Assembly (NCBI GenBank): GCA_963790025.1
Contig: CAWBMP010000004.1
Coordinates: 448,001 to 512,000, forward strand
DNA from: Nitrospirota bacterium
Lineage (GTDB): Bacteria; Nitrospirota; Thermodesulfovibrionia; Thermodesulfovibrionales; Dissulfurispiraceae
Reading direction: 5' to 3'
DNA length: 64,000 nt
Shown here: positions 1 to 9,314 of the stretch, in pieces
Layout: every line of letters starts with the position of its first letter
Position numbering within the stretch: position 1 is the stretch's first letter
Program-made: the position numbers and the translations under genes
Notes under the pieces: generated by a model
Seen by the model: only the letters and a program-made list of their open reading frames with translations
Told to the model about the DNA's origin: nothing
Databases searched by the model: none

Positions 1-1361
1 CAGCGCAAGTAGTCATAATCAAAGATCTTGTTTGCAAGGAGAGGGCATTCGGCGACATGATCGGTGACTACAGTATGCAGCGTTACCAGCAAATCGAGCA
101 CCCTTCTGTATATTTGCTCCACCTCCCCGCCACCACGAGGACACTTGAGCCAGCTATACAGAGATCGATCGCCAAGGTCTTCAAAAGAGGCCGTCATACT
201 TTCGGAGTCTGCGCTGATGAGCTCCGGCACGGGAAGCTTAAATTTCCGGAAAAAACGTGTAAATTCCATGTGCCGCTCAAAATCCATGTCCCCCGCGGCA
301 CACTGCATCAGTACCGACGTCTTTCCATCTCTCTTAACTCTGAAATATTTTCTGTCGGAACCACCGGAGCCGATAAATGTTCCGCTCTCGTCCGATGTCA
401 ATATTGTTTTGCATTCGTCGAATGAGCACACAAAATCCGGCCCTATGATACAATTCTCGTAAGCACCCTGCTCAGGCACGCTCCCCGGCAGCACAATACA
501 ATTTCTGAGCGAAACTCCCTTCATGATGCTGCATCCCTTTTCAACTACGCTATTAGCGTTTAGAAGGGCCCCGGCACAGCCCGTCGATTCCGGATGAAAA
601 TAAACCGTCTCCCCTTCAGCTTTTAAAGCATCAAAAACAGCGGAAGCGTATGAAGTTGGGGTCCCTACATCATGCCAGCGACACCCGGTTACGTCCGTCG
701 TCCCGACCCTGTGTCCCGATGCTGCGGCTTTAAGCCAGGCATGAACAACACTGGATTTCCCTTCAGGGAGAAACGCGAGGAATTCCCTGTTATAAACTGA
801 AATACCCATGTAGGCTGCGAGGCGACTGCACTCCAACCGAGCACTCAACGCGCAACTCACAGGCGATTTTGAGTGCTCGGTAAAGTGTCCTGCCACTCCC
901 TTGAGATTGCCATCTCCATCCAGTATGACTGTATTGAAACGGCTGCAGTCATGGACCGCCAGCGTTACCATATTACCGGAAGCATTGTGCCGTTCGAGCA
1001 GCTCTGCTAAATCGATATCCGACAGAACATCGGCATTATGAACGAGAAATACGCTGCTACCCGACAGGAACGCTTCAGCGTTCTTCAGAGCGCCGCCCGT
1101 ATCCAGTACCGGGTCCTCCGGAAAAAATAATACATTACTCTTATACGGCGATTCTTCTATCCAGTCTTTGATTGCTTCTTTTTTATAATGCAGATTGACG
1201 CCGATTTGATTTGCCTGAAGCCCTGACAGTTTTTCCAGTATATGTCCAAGCACCGGTTTACCCAGTACCGGCAGGAGCGGCTTTGGCAGGTAGCCGGTAA
1301 TCGGCCTCATTCGCTCGCCGAGACCGGCAGCGGGGACAAAACAATTGATCTTTTCATTCAT
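1..1361 (-). CDS. Fused sugar-phosphate nucleotidyltransferase (MurU-like) / anomeric MurNAc kinase (AmgK-like, APH fold); 3' end runs off the window
   Basis: Not in the ORF track. Segments translated by hand from ATG 1361: MNEKINCFVPAAGLGERMRPITGYLPKPLLP...HNADVLSDIDL...WHDVGT..., then GSGGSDRKYFR...EDLGD; N- and C-terminal parts are in the same frame. Start overlaps the end of namZ. Confidence 0.85.
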   Translation of the reverse strand, partial: MNEKINCFVPAAGLGERMRPITGYLPKPLLPVLGKPVLGHILEKLSGLQANQIGVNLHYKKEAIKDWIEESPYKSNVLFFPEDPVLDTGGALKNAEAFLSGSSVFLVHNADVLSDIDLAELLERHNASGNMVTLAVHDCSRFNTVILDGDGNLKGVAGHFTEHSKSPVSCALSARLECSRLAAYMGISVYNREFLAFLPEGKSSVVHAWLKAAASGHRVGTTDVTGCRWHDVGTPTSYASAVFDALKAEGETVYFHPESTGCAGALLNANSVVEKGCSIMKGVSLRNCIVLPGSVPEQGAYENCIIGPDFVCSFDECKTILTSDESGTFIGSGGSDRKYFRVKRDGKTSVLMQCAAGDMDFERHMEFTRFFRKFKLPVPELISADSESMTASFEDLGDRSLYSWLKCPRGGGEVEQIYRRVLDLLVTLHTVVTDHVAECPLLANKIFDYDYLR

Positions 1362-2529
1362 AAAGCAAGAATCTTCTTCGCGCCTGTTGCCGAAAACTAT
1401 GGCATTGCTCCTTCCACCACGCCTCCATCCGGTCGAGGGGTTCCCCTTTTTCTATTTCTTCTCTGAGTCTGTCCGTTCCTGCCAGAATATCGATTGGCAT
1501 TTTCTCCATCTCATACTCATACGGCGGCCGCTTCCATAAGAAATACTTAGGGTAAAGGTCATGTATGGCCTTGATAGCGGCAACCCCTGTCTTGAACGGC
1601 TTGAAACGCTCCCGGGCGGTAATATGAAGCTGCGCCCCTCCGCAGACTGCGCCGGCATGCTTTTGAAAGGCCGGCTGAAAGTACATCGGCCTGAAAACCA
1701 CACCAGGGAGTTTGTAAGAGTTGAGCTCTTTCACCATCCTGTCGGGCTGGACATAAGGGGCGCCGAAAATCTCGAAAGGGCGCGTCGTGCCGCGTCCTTC
1801 ACTAAGCATGGTCCCTTCCAAGAGGCACATACCAGGATACACAGTTGAAGTATCAATTGCCGGCATGTTGGGTGAAGGCGAAACCCAGGGCAGTTTAGTG
1901 TCGTCAAACCACATCTTCCGCTGCCAACCTTGCATCGTAATGATATATAACGCAAGGCCTGCATAAAATGATTCTTTCAGATACGAAGCAATTTCTCCCA
2001 CGGTCATGCCGTGACGTACAGGGAGCGGCCGCTGTCCGACGAACGAGGCGTAACGCATATCGAGTACCGGACCTTCGACAATTGTGCCTCCGATGGGATT
2101 CGGCCTGTCAAGGACCACTACCGCCTTGCCGGTCTCCAGACACGCCTGCATGCAGAGTTCCATAGTCCAGATAAACGTGTAGTACCGTGAACCAACGTCC
2201 TGTAAATCGACAACTATTATATCCAGGTCCTTCATCATGACAGGCCCGGGCTTCCTCGTGTCGCCGTAGAGACTGAAAACAGGCAATCCGCTGCCCTCAT
2301 CCCTAAAGCCTTTCCACTCGATCATATTATCCTGTGTTTCACCGCGGATGCCGTGCTGGGGGCCGAAGAGCGCCTTTAGTGTCAGCTTGTGCGATTGCAT
2401 GAACAGTGCCGCCGCGTGCTCCAGTTTCCTGTTGACCGAAGCGGGGTGAACGAGGAGTCCGGCTCTTGCGCCATTTAATTTTTTGGGCCACTTCTTTTCA
2501 AAACTGTCAAGGCCGGTAAGCACCGACAT
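1354..2529 (-). CDS. namZ: Exo-beta-N-acetylmuramidase (DUF1343/NamZ family)
   Basis: Motifs LFGPQHG, DLQDVGSRYYT, VLDRPNP, RHGMT, SEGRGTTRPFE; start at MSVLTGLD after an AAGGAG SD. Confidence 0.88.
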   Translation of the reverse strand: MSVLTGLDSFEKKWPKKLNGARAGLLVHPASVNRKLEHAAALFMQSHKLTLKALFGPQHGIRGETQDNMIEWKGFRDEGSGLPVFSLYGDTRKPGPVMMKDLDIIVVDLQDVGSRYYTFIWTMELCMQACLETGKAVVVLDRPNPIGGTIVEGPVLDMRYASFVGQRPLPVRHGMTVGEIASYLKESFYAGLALYIITMQGWQRKMWFDDTKLPWVSPSPNMPAIDTSTVYPGMCLLEGTMLSEGRGTTRPFEIFGAPYVQPDRMVKELNSYKLPGVVFRPMYFQPAFQKHAGAVCGGAQLHITARERFKPFKTGVAAIKAIHDLYPKYFLWKRPPYEYEMEKMPIDILAGTDRLREEIEKGEPLDRMEAWWKEQCHSFRQQARRRFLLYE

Positions 2530-2700
2530 AGCTGAATTCTCCTTAGTGTCAATTGAATTCATAATGATAATCGTAATAAGACCCGTAGCGCAAGTGGTCA
2601 CATTCCGCATTATGGAATTCGGTCCCCAGGCGTGATACAATGTTGTAAGGTCAAGCGCCAATGGGTTAGAATGTCTTTTAACGCCCCAAAAGAGGTAAAA

Positions 2701-4173
2701 ATGTATATTGTCATGATCACCCCTGAATGCGCCCCTGTTGCCAAAGTTGGAGGCCTCGCAGACGTAGTTTACGGCCTATGCCACGAGCTAGAACTCCGGG
2801 GAAACGATGTCGAGATCATCCTGCCGAAATACGACTGTATGCGGTACGACCAGATTTATGGACTGCATATGGTTTATAACGACCTATGGGTCCCTTTTTA
2901 TGATGGATGGGTTCATTGCTCTGTATTTTTCGGTTTCGCCCACGGAAGAAAATGTTTCTTTATCGATCCCCATTCGCAGAAAAACTTCTTTAACAGGGGC
3001 ATTTTTTACGGTCATCACGATGATCCGGAGCGGTTTGCTTTTTTCTCCAGGGCGGCCCTTGAGTTTATGCTAAAGTCAAACAAGCATCCCGACATCATCC
3101 ACTGTCACGACTGGCAGACTGGTATCGTGCCGGTGTTGCTCTTTGATATTTACAAGAATTATGGCATGACCCATCCCCGCGTCTGTTATACCCTGCACAA
3201 CGTCGGGCATCAGGGAGTAACAGGAGAGTACATATTGCGTGCCGTAGGACTCAACAGGCCTGATCATTATCTTCACCACGACCGGCTCAGGGACAACTTC
3301 AATCATTCCGCCGTGAACCTGATGAAGGCCGGCATCGTTTATTCCAACTTCGTGACCACAGTGTCTCCCGGTTATGCCTCGGAAATCCAGCATTCCCATT
3401 TGTCTTACGGACTCGGTCATACCCTTCACATCCACAGTCAGAAGTTCGGCGGCATTCTGAACGGCATCGACTACGAAGTTTGGAACCCTGAGATCGACCG
3501 GTATATCCCGTACCGGTATAAAATCGATAATATCGACGGCAAATACAGGGACAAAGAGGCGCTCCGCCACAGACTTCTCCTCCGGCAAATCTATAAGCCC
3601 ATAGTTTCATACATCGGCAGACTGGACCATCAAAAAGGGGTAGAACTGATAAGGGACGCCATATTTTATTCGCTGTCAAACGGATGTCAATTCGTCCTTC
3701 TGGGTTCGAGCCCGGACCACAGGACCAATAATGTTTTCCTCCATCTCAAGCACCAGCTGAATGACAACCCGGACTGTCACCTCGAGATCGGATTTGACGA
3801 AGAACTCTCGCACCTCATCTATGCGGGTTCCGACATGATGATCGTCCCGAGTCTCTTTGAGCCCTGCGGGTTGACCCAGATAATCGCCCTGAAATACGGG
3901 ACAGTGCCCGTTGTGCGGGCAACCGGAGGATTGCGGGACACGGTCTTCGATGCCGACTACAGCGATAGGCCGTATCACGAGCGGAACGGTTATGTATTCA
4001 ACGACTTCAATTTCAACGGGATCGTGTCGGCCCTGCGGCGCGCAATAGGCATGTGGTATACCTACCCTCAGCACTTCAGAGAGCTGATGGCAAACGGCAT
4101 GCGCTATGATTTTTCCTGGAACCACCCCGGACAGCACTACCTGAATATCTACGAACATATCAGGGACAAGTAA
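2701..4173 (+). CDS. glgA: Glycogen synthase
   Basis: KVGGLADV, HCHDWQ, PSLFEPCGLTQ, ATGGLRDTV motifs. Confidence 0.95.
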   Translation: MYIVMITPECAPVAKVGGLADVVYGLCHELELRGNDVEIILPKYDCMRYDQIYGLHMVYNDLWVPFYDGWVHCSVFFGFAHGRKCFFIDPHSQKNFFNRGIFYGHHDDPERFAFFSRAALEFMLKSNKHPDIIHCHDWQTGIVPVLLFDIYKNYGMTHPRVCYTLHNVGHQGVTGEYILRAVGLNRPDHYLHHDRLRDNFNHSAVNLMKAGIVYSNFVTTVSPGYASEIQHSHLSYGLGHTLHIHSQKFGGILNGIDYEVWNPEIDRYIPYRYKIDNIDGKYRDKEALRHRLLLRQIYKPIVSYIGRLDHQKGVELIRDAIFYSLSNGCQFVLLGSSPDHRTNNVFLHLKHQLNDNPDCHLEIGFDEELSHLIYAGSDMMIVPSLFEPCGLTQIIALKYGTVPVVRATGGLRDTVFDADYSDRPYHERNGYVFNDFNFNGIVSALRRAIGMWYTYPQHFRELMANGMRYDFSWNHPGQHYLNIYEHIRDK

Positions 4174-4192
4174 AGTATAATAATGCTCGCGA

Positions 4193-4363
4193 GGTAGTGG
4201 GTCAGTTTGTTTTTGCTCTGGATCACCTGAGTTCTCAGCAGTGGGCAGGTAACGCCCTGCCCACATATCGAAGACTGGGCTGCCAAAGTAATCTTCAGTA
4301 CATGCCAGGGACTGGAACCTAAAGACTATTTGATCCAGAGCGAAAACAAACTGACCCACTGCC
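4193..4363. mobile_element. 171 bp MITE-like element, copy 1
   Basis: 33 bp imperfect terminal inverted repeats GGTAGTGGGTCAGTTTGTTTTTGCTCTGGATCA / TGATCCAGAGCGAAAACAAACTGACCCACTGCC; internal hairpin; same-length homolog at 33644-33814. Confidence 0.8.
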
Positions 4364-4371
4364 TAAAAAAA

Positions 4372-5157
4372 CTAAGTTATTTTTTCAGGCAGGCATGTAA
4401 AGTCCTTTTTCCCTGCAAACCGTGAAGGGCCAAGCACATATTTGATATGTGCATCGATTATATCCATGAGTTCTTCCACAAGCTGTTCCGGTGCATTGAC
4501 CCTGCCGATGGCTGAAGGGCCCCACTTGAGAAGGCCTTCGTAAAATCTCAAAGCGCCGCGCGAAATGGGCATGGAGTGTCCTTCCCCTATAAAACAGCGG
4601 CTGCAAAAGACCGACCCATGTGAGATATAAAAATGATGATGCGTCGGACCACTTCCGGCCGGCACACCCGTAGATGTTTCCGTGCCGCATCTTCCGCACT
4701 TGGACAGTCCCGGCAAATAGCCCGCAGCTTGCATGAACCTCATTTTATAAAAAAGATAAAATAATTGATTGTCGCCGTGAGATTCCAGCGTTGTCATCAT
4801 ATGCAGGAGCAGCTTGAAAATCTCCGGGGCAGGCTCCCTTTCAGGGAGGAAATTTAGACACAGTTCCAGTATTTCCGATACATTAAGCAGACGGTAGATA
4901 TCGCCACGCAGCGAATGAAAGGGCCTGATGATATCAGATTGAGTGAGCCGCGGGAGACCGGCTTCTTCCTTGCCGAAGAAAGAAATTCTGGCGTAGGTGA
5001 GGGGTTCAAGGCTGCTGCCGAATCTGCTCTTAACTTTCCGAGGGCTCTTTGCGAATGCCTTTAACAATCCGTAATGGGGAGTCAGATAGGTAACAATGAG
5101 GTCGGCTTCTCCGAACACAGCACTTTTAAGAACAATCCCATAAGTTCGCTTTAACAT
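4372..5157 (-). CDS. recO: DNA repair protein RecO
   Basis: GIVLK...EADLIV...LEPL, CxxC...CxxC zinc site; TAATG coupling to upstream gene. Confidence 0.92.
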   Translation of the reverse strand: MLKRTYGIVLKSAVFGEADLIVTYLTPHYGLLKAFAKSPRKVKSRFGSSLEPLTYARISFFGKEEAGLPRLTQSDIIRPFHSLRGDIYRLLNVSEILELCLNFLPEREPAPEIFKLLLHMMTTLESHGDNQLFYLFYKMRFMQAAGYLPGLSKCGRCGTETSTGVPAGSGPTHHHFYISHGSVFCSRCFIGEGHSMPISRGALRFYEGLLKWGPSAIGRVNAPEQLVEELMDIIDAHIKYVLGPSRFAGKKDFTCLPEKIT

Positions 5158-5609
5158 TACATGATATTGCCAAAATCCTCGGGCTTTAAATTCTTGAGCC
5201 ATTCCTCAAGCTCATCAGCCCTTCGCACCTCAAGCACATGCTCTTCCACAAAAATAGGGGCCTGCACCCTGAGCGCAACGGCAACCGCATCAGAGGGTCG
5301 CGAGTCAATAGACACCTCTTTTTTGGCGTTCTCTGCATAGATCAGGGCATAATATGTGTTATCTACAATTTCGGTAATAACAATTCTTGTTACCTTCGCA
5401 TTCAACCCGTCAAAGACATTTTTGATCAGATCATGGGTAAGAGGCCTGGGAGTAATGACTTTGCCGAGGGCCAGGGCTATTGCATCGGCTTCGGGCTTTC
5501 CGATCCAGATCGGGAGTGTTTCATTCCCGTCTACCTGTTGAAGGAGCAGGATATACATGCCGCTCCGCGGATCAAAAAGGAGGCCCTCAACCTTCATCTG
5601 AATAAACAT
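5157..5609 (-). CDS. Bifunctional nuclease family protein (DUF151)
   Basis: LPIWIG, RPLTHDL, IDSRPSDAVA motifs. Confidence 0.92.
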   Translation of the reverse strand: MFIQMKVEGLLFDPRSGMYILLLQQVDGNETLPIWIGKPEADAIALALGKVITPRPLTHDLIKNVFDGLNAKVTRIVITEIVDNTYYALIYAENAKKEVSIDSRPSDAVAVALRVQAPIFVEEHVLEVRRADELEEWLKNLKPEDFGNIM

Positions 5610-6493
5610 TATTTAAACCCCAATTCACTCAAAAAACGGTCATCGCTTCGCCAATCTTTCTTGACTTTAACCCATAATTCCAGAAAGACTTTTGCTCCCA
5701 GTAATTGTTCGATTTCGATTCGAGCAGCAGTTCCTACTGCCTTTAACCGGGCCCCGTCTTTTCCTATTATTATACCCTTTTGCCCTTTTCTTTCAACATA
5801 AATATTTACAGTAATGAAAACTACGCCGTCTTTCCGCTCGGACCATTGGACAACTTCGGTAGCTACCGAATGCGGGATTTCTTCCCCGGTCTGCTGCATG
5901 ATCTTTTCCCGGACTGTCTCAGCGGCCATAAACCGCTCAATCTGATCGGTCACAATGTCATCGGGATAGTATTTCGGTCCCTCGGGGAGATACTTTACGA
6001 CATTGTCAAGGAGATGGTCGATGCCGTCACCCTTGAGCGCCGATACGGGGATTATTTCCTTGAATGGATAAAGACCGCTGTAGGCATCGATAACTGGAAG
6101 CACATGAGGCTTCTTTCTTGTATCGATCTTATTGATGACCAGGAAAACCGGTTTACGCAGGTCATCCAGCATTGTTATTATAAAACTGTCGCCGGGTCCC
6201 GGCATCTCCGGCTCCACCATGAACAGAATAATATCGACTTCAGCGGCCGCCCTTCGCGCCTCACCGACGATCAGCTCTCCCAGCTTGTGCTTTGGTTTGT
6301 GTATGCCGGGGGTATCAATGAATATTATCTGGGCATCATGGAGCGTCTTGATACCAATAAGCCGGTTACGCGTTGTCTGGGGTTTCGGGGTCACAATGGA
6401 AACCTTTTCCCCAAGGATGGTGTTGAGCAGCGTAGATTTTCCCACATTCGGCCTCCCGGTCAGGGAGACGTAGCCCGAACGAAACTTTTCCAT
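5609..6493 (-). CDS. era: GTPase Era
   Basis: GRPNVGKSTL, PQTTR, DTPG, NKID, C-terminal KH domain (GIIIGKDG). Confidence 0.96.
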   Translation of the reverse strand: MEKFRSGYVSLTGRPNVGKSTLLNTILGEKVSIVTPKPQTTRNRLIGIKTLHDAQIIFIDTPGIHKPKHKLGELIVGEARRAAAEVDIILFMVEPEMPGPGDSFIITMLDDLRKPVFLVINKIDTRKKPHVLPVIDAYSGLYPFKEIIPVSALKGDGIDHLLDNVVKYLPEGPKYYPDDIVTDQIERFMAAETVREKIMQQTGEEIPHSVATEVVQWSERKDGVVFITVNIYVERKGQKGIIIGKDGARLKAVGTAARIEIEQLLGAKVFLELWVKVKKDWRSDDRFLSELGFK

Positions 6494-6505
6494 AAGCAAA
6501 AAGTC

Positions 6506-6657
6506 AGGCAATAGGCAATAGGTTATAGGCCATAGGTGAAAAACAAAAACGGAAACTACCATCATTCATTAGATATTTTCTCGTAGTCTATCTCCTTCTG
6601 CATATAGCCTGCCTTTTTTGCCTATTGCCTATTGCCTATTGCCCATTGCCTACAGCC
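6506..6657. repeat. Inverted pair of heptamer tandem arrays (AGGCAAT)n ... (TTGCCTA)n
   Basis: 6506-6536 and 6618-6657 are degenerate 7-mer runs that are reverse complements of each other. Confidence 0.8.
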
Positions 6658-6661
6658 ATTT

Positions 6662-7852
6662 TTATTTCAGCTTTGAAAATGCGGTCTTCATACGATTAAG
6701 CCCCTGCGTGATATTATCCATTGATGTTGCATAAGATATGCGGATATACTTGTCATCGCCGAATGCCTCACCATGAACAACAGCCACGTTCGCCTCTTCC
6801 AGCAGGTAGGTCGCCATGTCCAGAGAGGAGTTTATCAGTCTTTTGTCCGTCATCCTGCCATAAAAACTTGAGATGTTCGGAAACGCATAAAAAGCGCCGT
6901 TGGGATTCAGGCAGCGGACACCCTCAATGGCATTCAGGCCATCGATGAGGACCTTCCTTCTCTTGTCGAATTCCGCACGCATGAAGGATATGAAGTCCTG
7001 CGGCCCCGTCAGGGCCGCAACGGCAGCCTTCTGCGCTATAGAGGTCGGATTTGAGGTGGACTGGCTCTGTATATTTGTCATTGCCTTAATAATGTCCCTG
7101 GGTCCTGCAGCATATCCCATCCTCCATCCGGTCATGGCATGAGATTTGGAAAGACCGTTGACCACGATAGTCCTTTTTTTGATTTCGCTTCCCAGCGAGG
7201 CGATACTGATATGTCTTGCACCGTCATATATCAGTTTCTCGTAGATTTCGTCAGAAATGACAAGAATATTTCTTTTGACTGCGATTCCGGCAATTGCTTC
7301 GAAAGCTTTTTGATCATATGCAGACCCTGTCGGATTAGAAGGAGAATTCAGTATCAGCGCCTTCGTCTTCCCTGTTATCTCCGCTTCAAGGACCTCGGGA
7401 CGCAGCATAAAATTATCTTCCTCATACGTGGGAACAAATACAGGCACAGCGTCATTCAGCAGCGCCTGGTCAGGATAGGATACCCAGTAAGGGACCGGTA
7501 TAATAATTTCATCACCGGGATTAAACGACGCCTGAGCGATATTATACAAGCTGTGCTTTGCCCCGCATGACACTATGACCTCGTCCTTTGAATATTCGAG
7601 CCCGTTGTCGGCATATAGTTTTTTTGTGATCGCCTCCTTAAGCTCATCAATGCCGCCAACCGGCGTATATTTTGTAAAGCCATCCCTTATAGCTTTGATT
7701 GCAGCTTCTTTCACATGTTCCGGCGTATCGAAATCCGGTTCTCCGACACCGAAATTAAGAACATCGATACCCCCGGCCTTCATGGCCTTCGCCTTGGCAT
7801 CCATGGCCAAGGTCGGAGATGGTTTGATTCTTTGTGACCTCTCGGAAAGCAT
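6662..7852 (-). CDS. aspC: Aspartate aminotransferase (PLP class I)
   Basis: GEPDFDTP, NSPSNPTG, SDEIYE, SKSHAMTGWRMG. Confidence 0.9.
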   Translation of the reverse strand: MLSERSQRIKPSPTLAMDAKAKAMKAGGIDVLNFGVGEPDFDTPEHVKEAAIKAIRDGFTKYTPVGGIDELKEAITKKLYADNGLEYSKDEVIVSCGAKHSLYNIAQASFNPGDEIIIPVPYWVSYPDQALLNDAVPVFVPTYEEDNFMLRPEVLEAEITGKTKALILNSPSNPTGSAYDQKAFEAIAGIAVKRNILVISDEIYEKLIYDGARHISIASLGSEIKKRTIVVNGLSKSHAMTGWRMGYAAGPRDIIKAMTNIQSQSTSNPTSIAQKAAVAALTGPQDFISFMRAEFDKRRKVLIDGLNAIEGVRCLNPNGAFYAFPNISSFYGRMTDKRLINSSLDMATYLLEEANVAVVHGEAFGDDKYIRISYATSMDNITQGLNRMKTAFSKLK

Positions 7853-8025
7853 AAACTGGATCCTCCTCAGAAATTAAAATGTTACAAAGCACGCAAAGCG
7901 CCTATGAGCAGCGTATTGAGTGCTCGGCAAGATTTCCTTTGGAATTATACCTTATTTCGCGCTTTCAGTTCTCTTATTTTGCTCGACGTATCTTTGGGGG
8001 TCTGGAGTTTAGACTCGCCCTAATG

Positions 8026-9033
8026 CTACTCCAGGACAGCACTCCCGTTATCCGCGATGATACGCCTGGCGCCAATATAATGCGTGCAAAAGTAAGGAGT
8101 TTCGAGGTTGTCGATTGTTATTTGACGGGAAAGCCAGGAGGCATGTATGAAAAGGTGGTTTCCAAGGTAAATACCCACATGTGAAGGAAAGGATGCGTAA
8201 GTCTTGAAGAATACCAGGTCCCCCTCTTCCAGATATTTCTTGTCGACAGCCTCGCCGAGATTGAATTGTTCGCGGGCGCTGCGCGGCATATTCTCTCCGA
8301 CAAAACCGAATACTCGCTGCACATAACAGGAACAATCCAGTCCGATCGTCCCGTTTCCCCCGAAATGATAGGGTTCGTGGAGCATATTTTTAGCAAACAA
8401 AACCAGCCGCTTTCTTATGCTGAGATCGCCAAGTACATCACCTGAAATCAACATCTCTTTGACATCTTTAATTTCTTTTGAACCATCGGCCCCAGCCTTG
8501 AAACAATTTGCATTTTTATTTATTGTGTCTTCTTTCCCGGCAGCATAAATTTCAGGCGAATGTTTTTTGTTTCTGATAACGAGTTGCCGGTCCGTTTTTA
8601 ATCCGCCTCTTTTCAGATTATTTATCCTTTTCAATGCACTAACTGTAATCCCATATTTTTTTGTTGCGGATTTCAGTGTGTTGCCTTTTCTTACAGTATG
8701 TATCCTGTTGTTTTTGGTTTCAGATTTTTCAGAAACAGAATGTTTTGATATATTTCTTTTTGGGTTGAGAGAGTAATGTTTATTCCTGCGGACCTTTTCA
8801 GATACCGTAAGGGACAGCTTCATTCCCCTGTTTAATTTGCCGGATTTCAGGCCATTGGCTTTTCTTATTTCCAATACTTTGACGTTATACTTCTTTGAGT
8901 TTTTCGCTAATATGTCGCTTTTTCCAATAGTATAGGATACATTTGCGTTGGCCGTGGCTGAGATAAAAGAAATTGCGATGAACAGGGCTAATATTTTATA
9001 AAATCGTTTCAGGCGCTTCATCCTCATCCCCAA
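8026..9033 (-). CDS. LysM + NlpC/P60 peptidoglycan endopeptidase
   Basis: Signal-peptide-like N-terminus, LysM-like repeats (HTVRKGNTL), GLDCS / SHVGIY / FIHAS catalytic motifs; exact start uncertain. Confidence 0.88.
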   Translation of the reverse strand: MGMRMKRLKRFYKILALFIAISFISATANANVSYTIGKSDILAKNSKKYNVKVLEIRKANGLKSGKLNRGMKLSLTVSEKVRRNKHYSLNPKRNISKHSVSEKSETKNNRIHTVRKGNTLKSATKKYGITVSALKRINNLKRGGLKTDRQLVIRNKKHSPEIYAAGKEDTINKNANCFKAGADGSKEIKDVKEMLISGDVLGDLSIRKRLVLFAKNMLHEPYHFGGNGTIGLDCSCYVQRVFGFVGENMPRSAREQFNLGEAVDKKYLEEGDLVFFKTYASFPSHVGIYLGNHLFIHASWLSRQITIDNLETPYFCTHYIGARRIIADNGSAVLE

Positions 9034-9065
9034 CCAGAGGCGGATTTATATTGATGATAAGAAGG

Positions 9066-9081
9066 AGCATTTTTTGTGCCG
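9066..9081 (-). promoter_or_regulatory. Putative sigma54 -24/-12 promoter for the NlpC/P60 gene
   Basis: Minus strand CGGCAC-AAAAA-ATGCT, GG-N10-GC spacing. Confidence 0.45.
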
Positions 9082-9314
9082 CTTATACTATCTCAGATTC
9101 GCTTGTTCTTCATGGTATTTTTTTTTTGCTATCTTGGCAATATGGAGATGCTGACAAATATGGTCATTCTTACTGACAAAAAACGACATTGACCTGAACT
9201 AATCCTTAACGCAGTAATATGGTGTCTGAACAGACTTATTACAATTATATAGGAAACACTACACTAACTTGGGATTAATAAAGGCACGGCACATTTTTGC
9301 GGCATTTATTTGGG

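Noticed and set aside
57..462. Two plus-strand ORFs at the window start
   Set aside because: Shadows of the minus-strand MurU-AmgK reading frame
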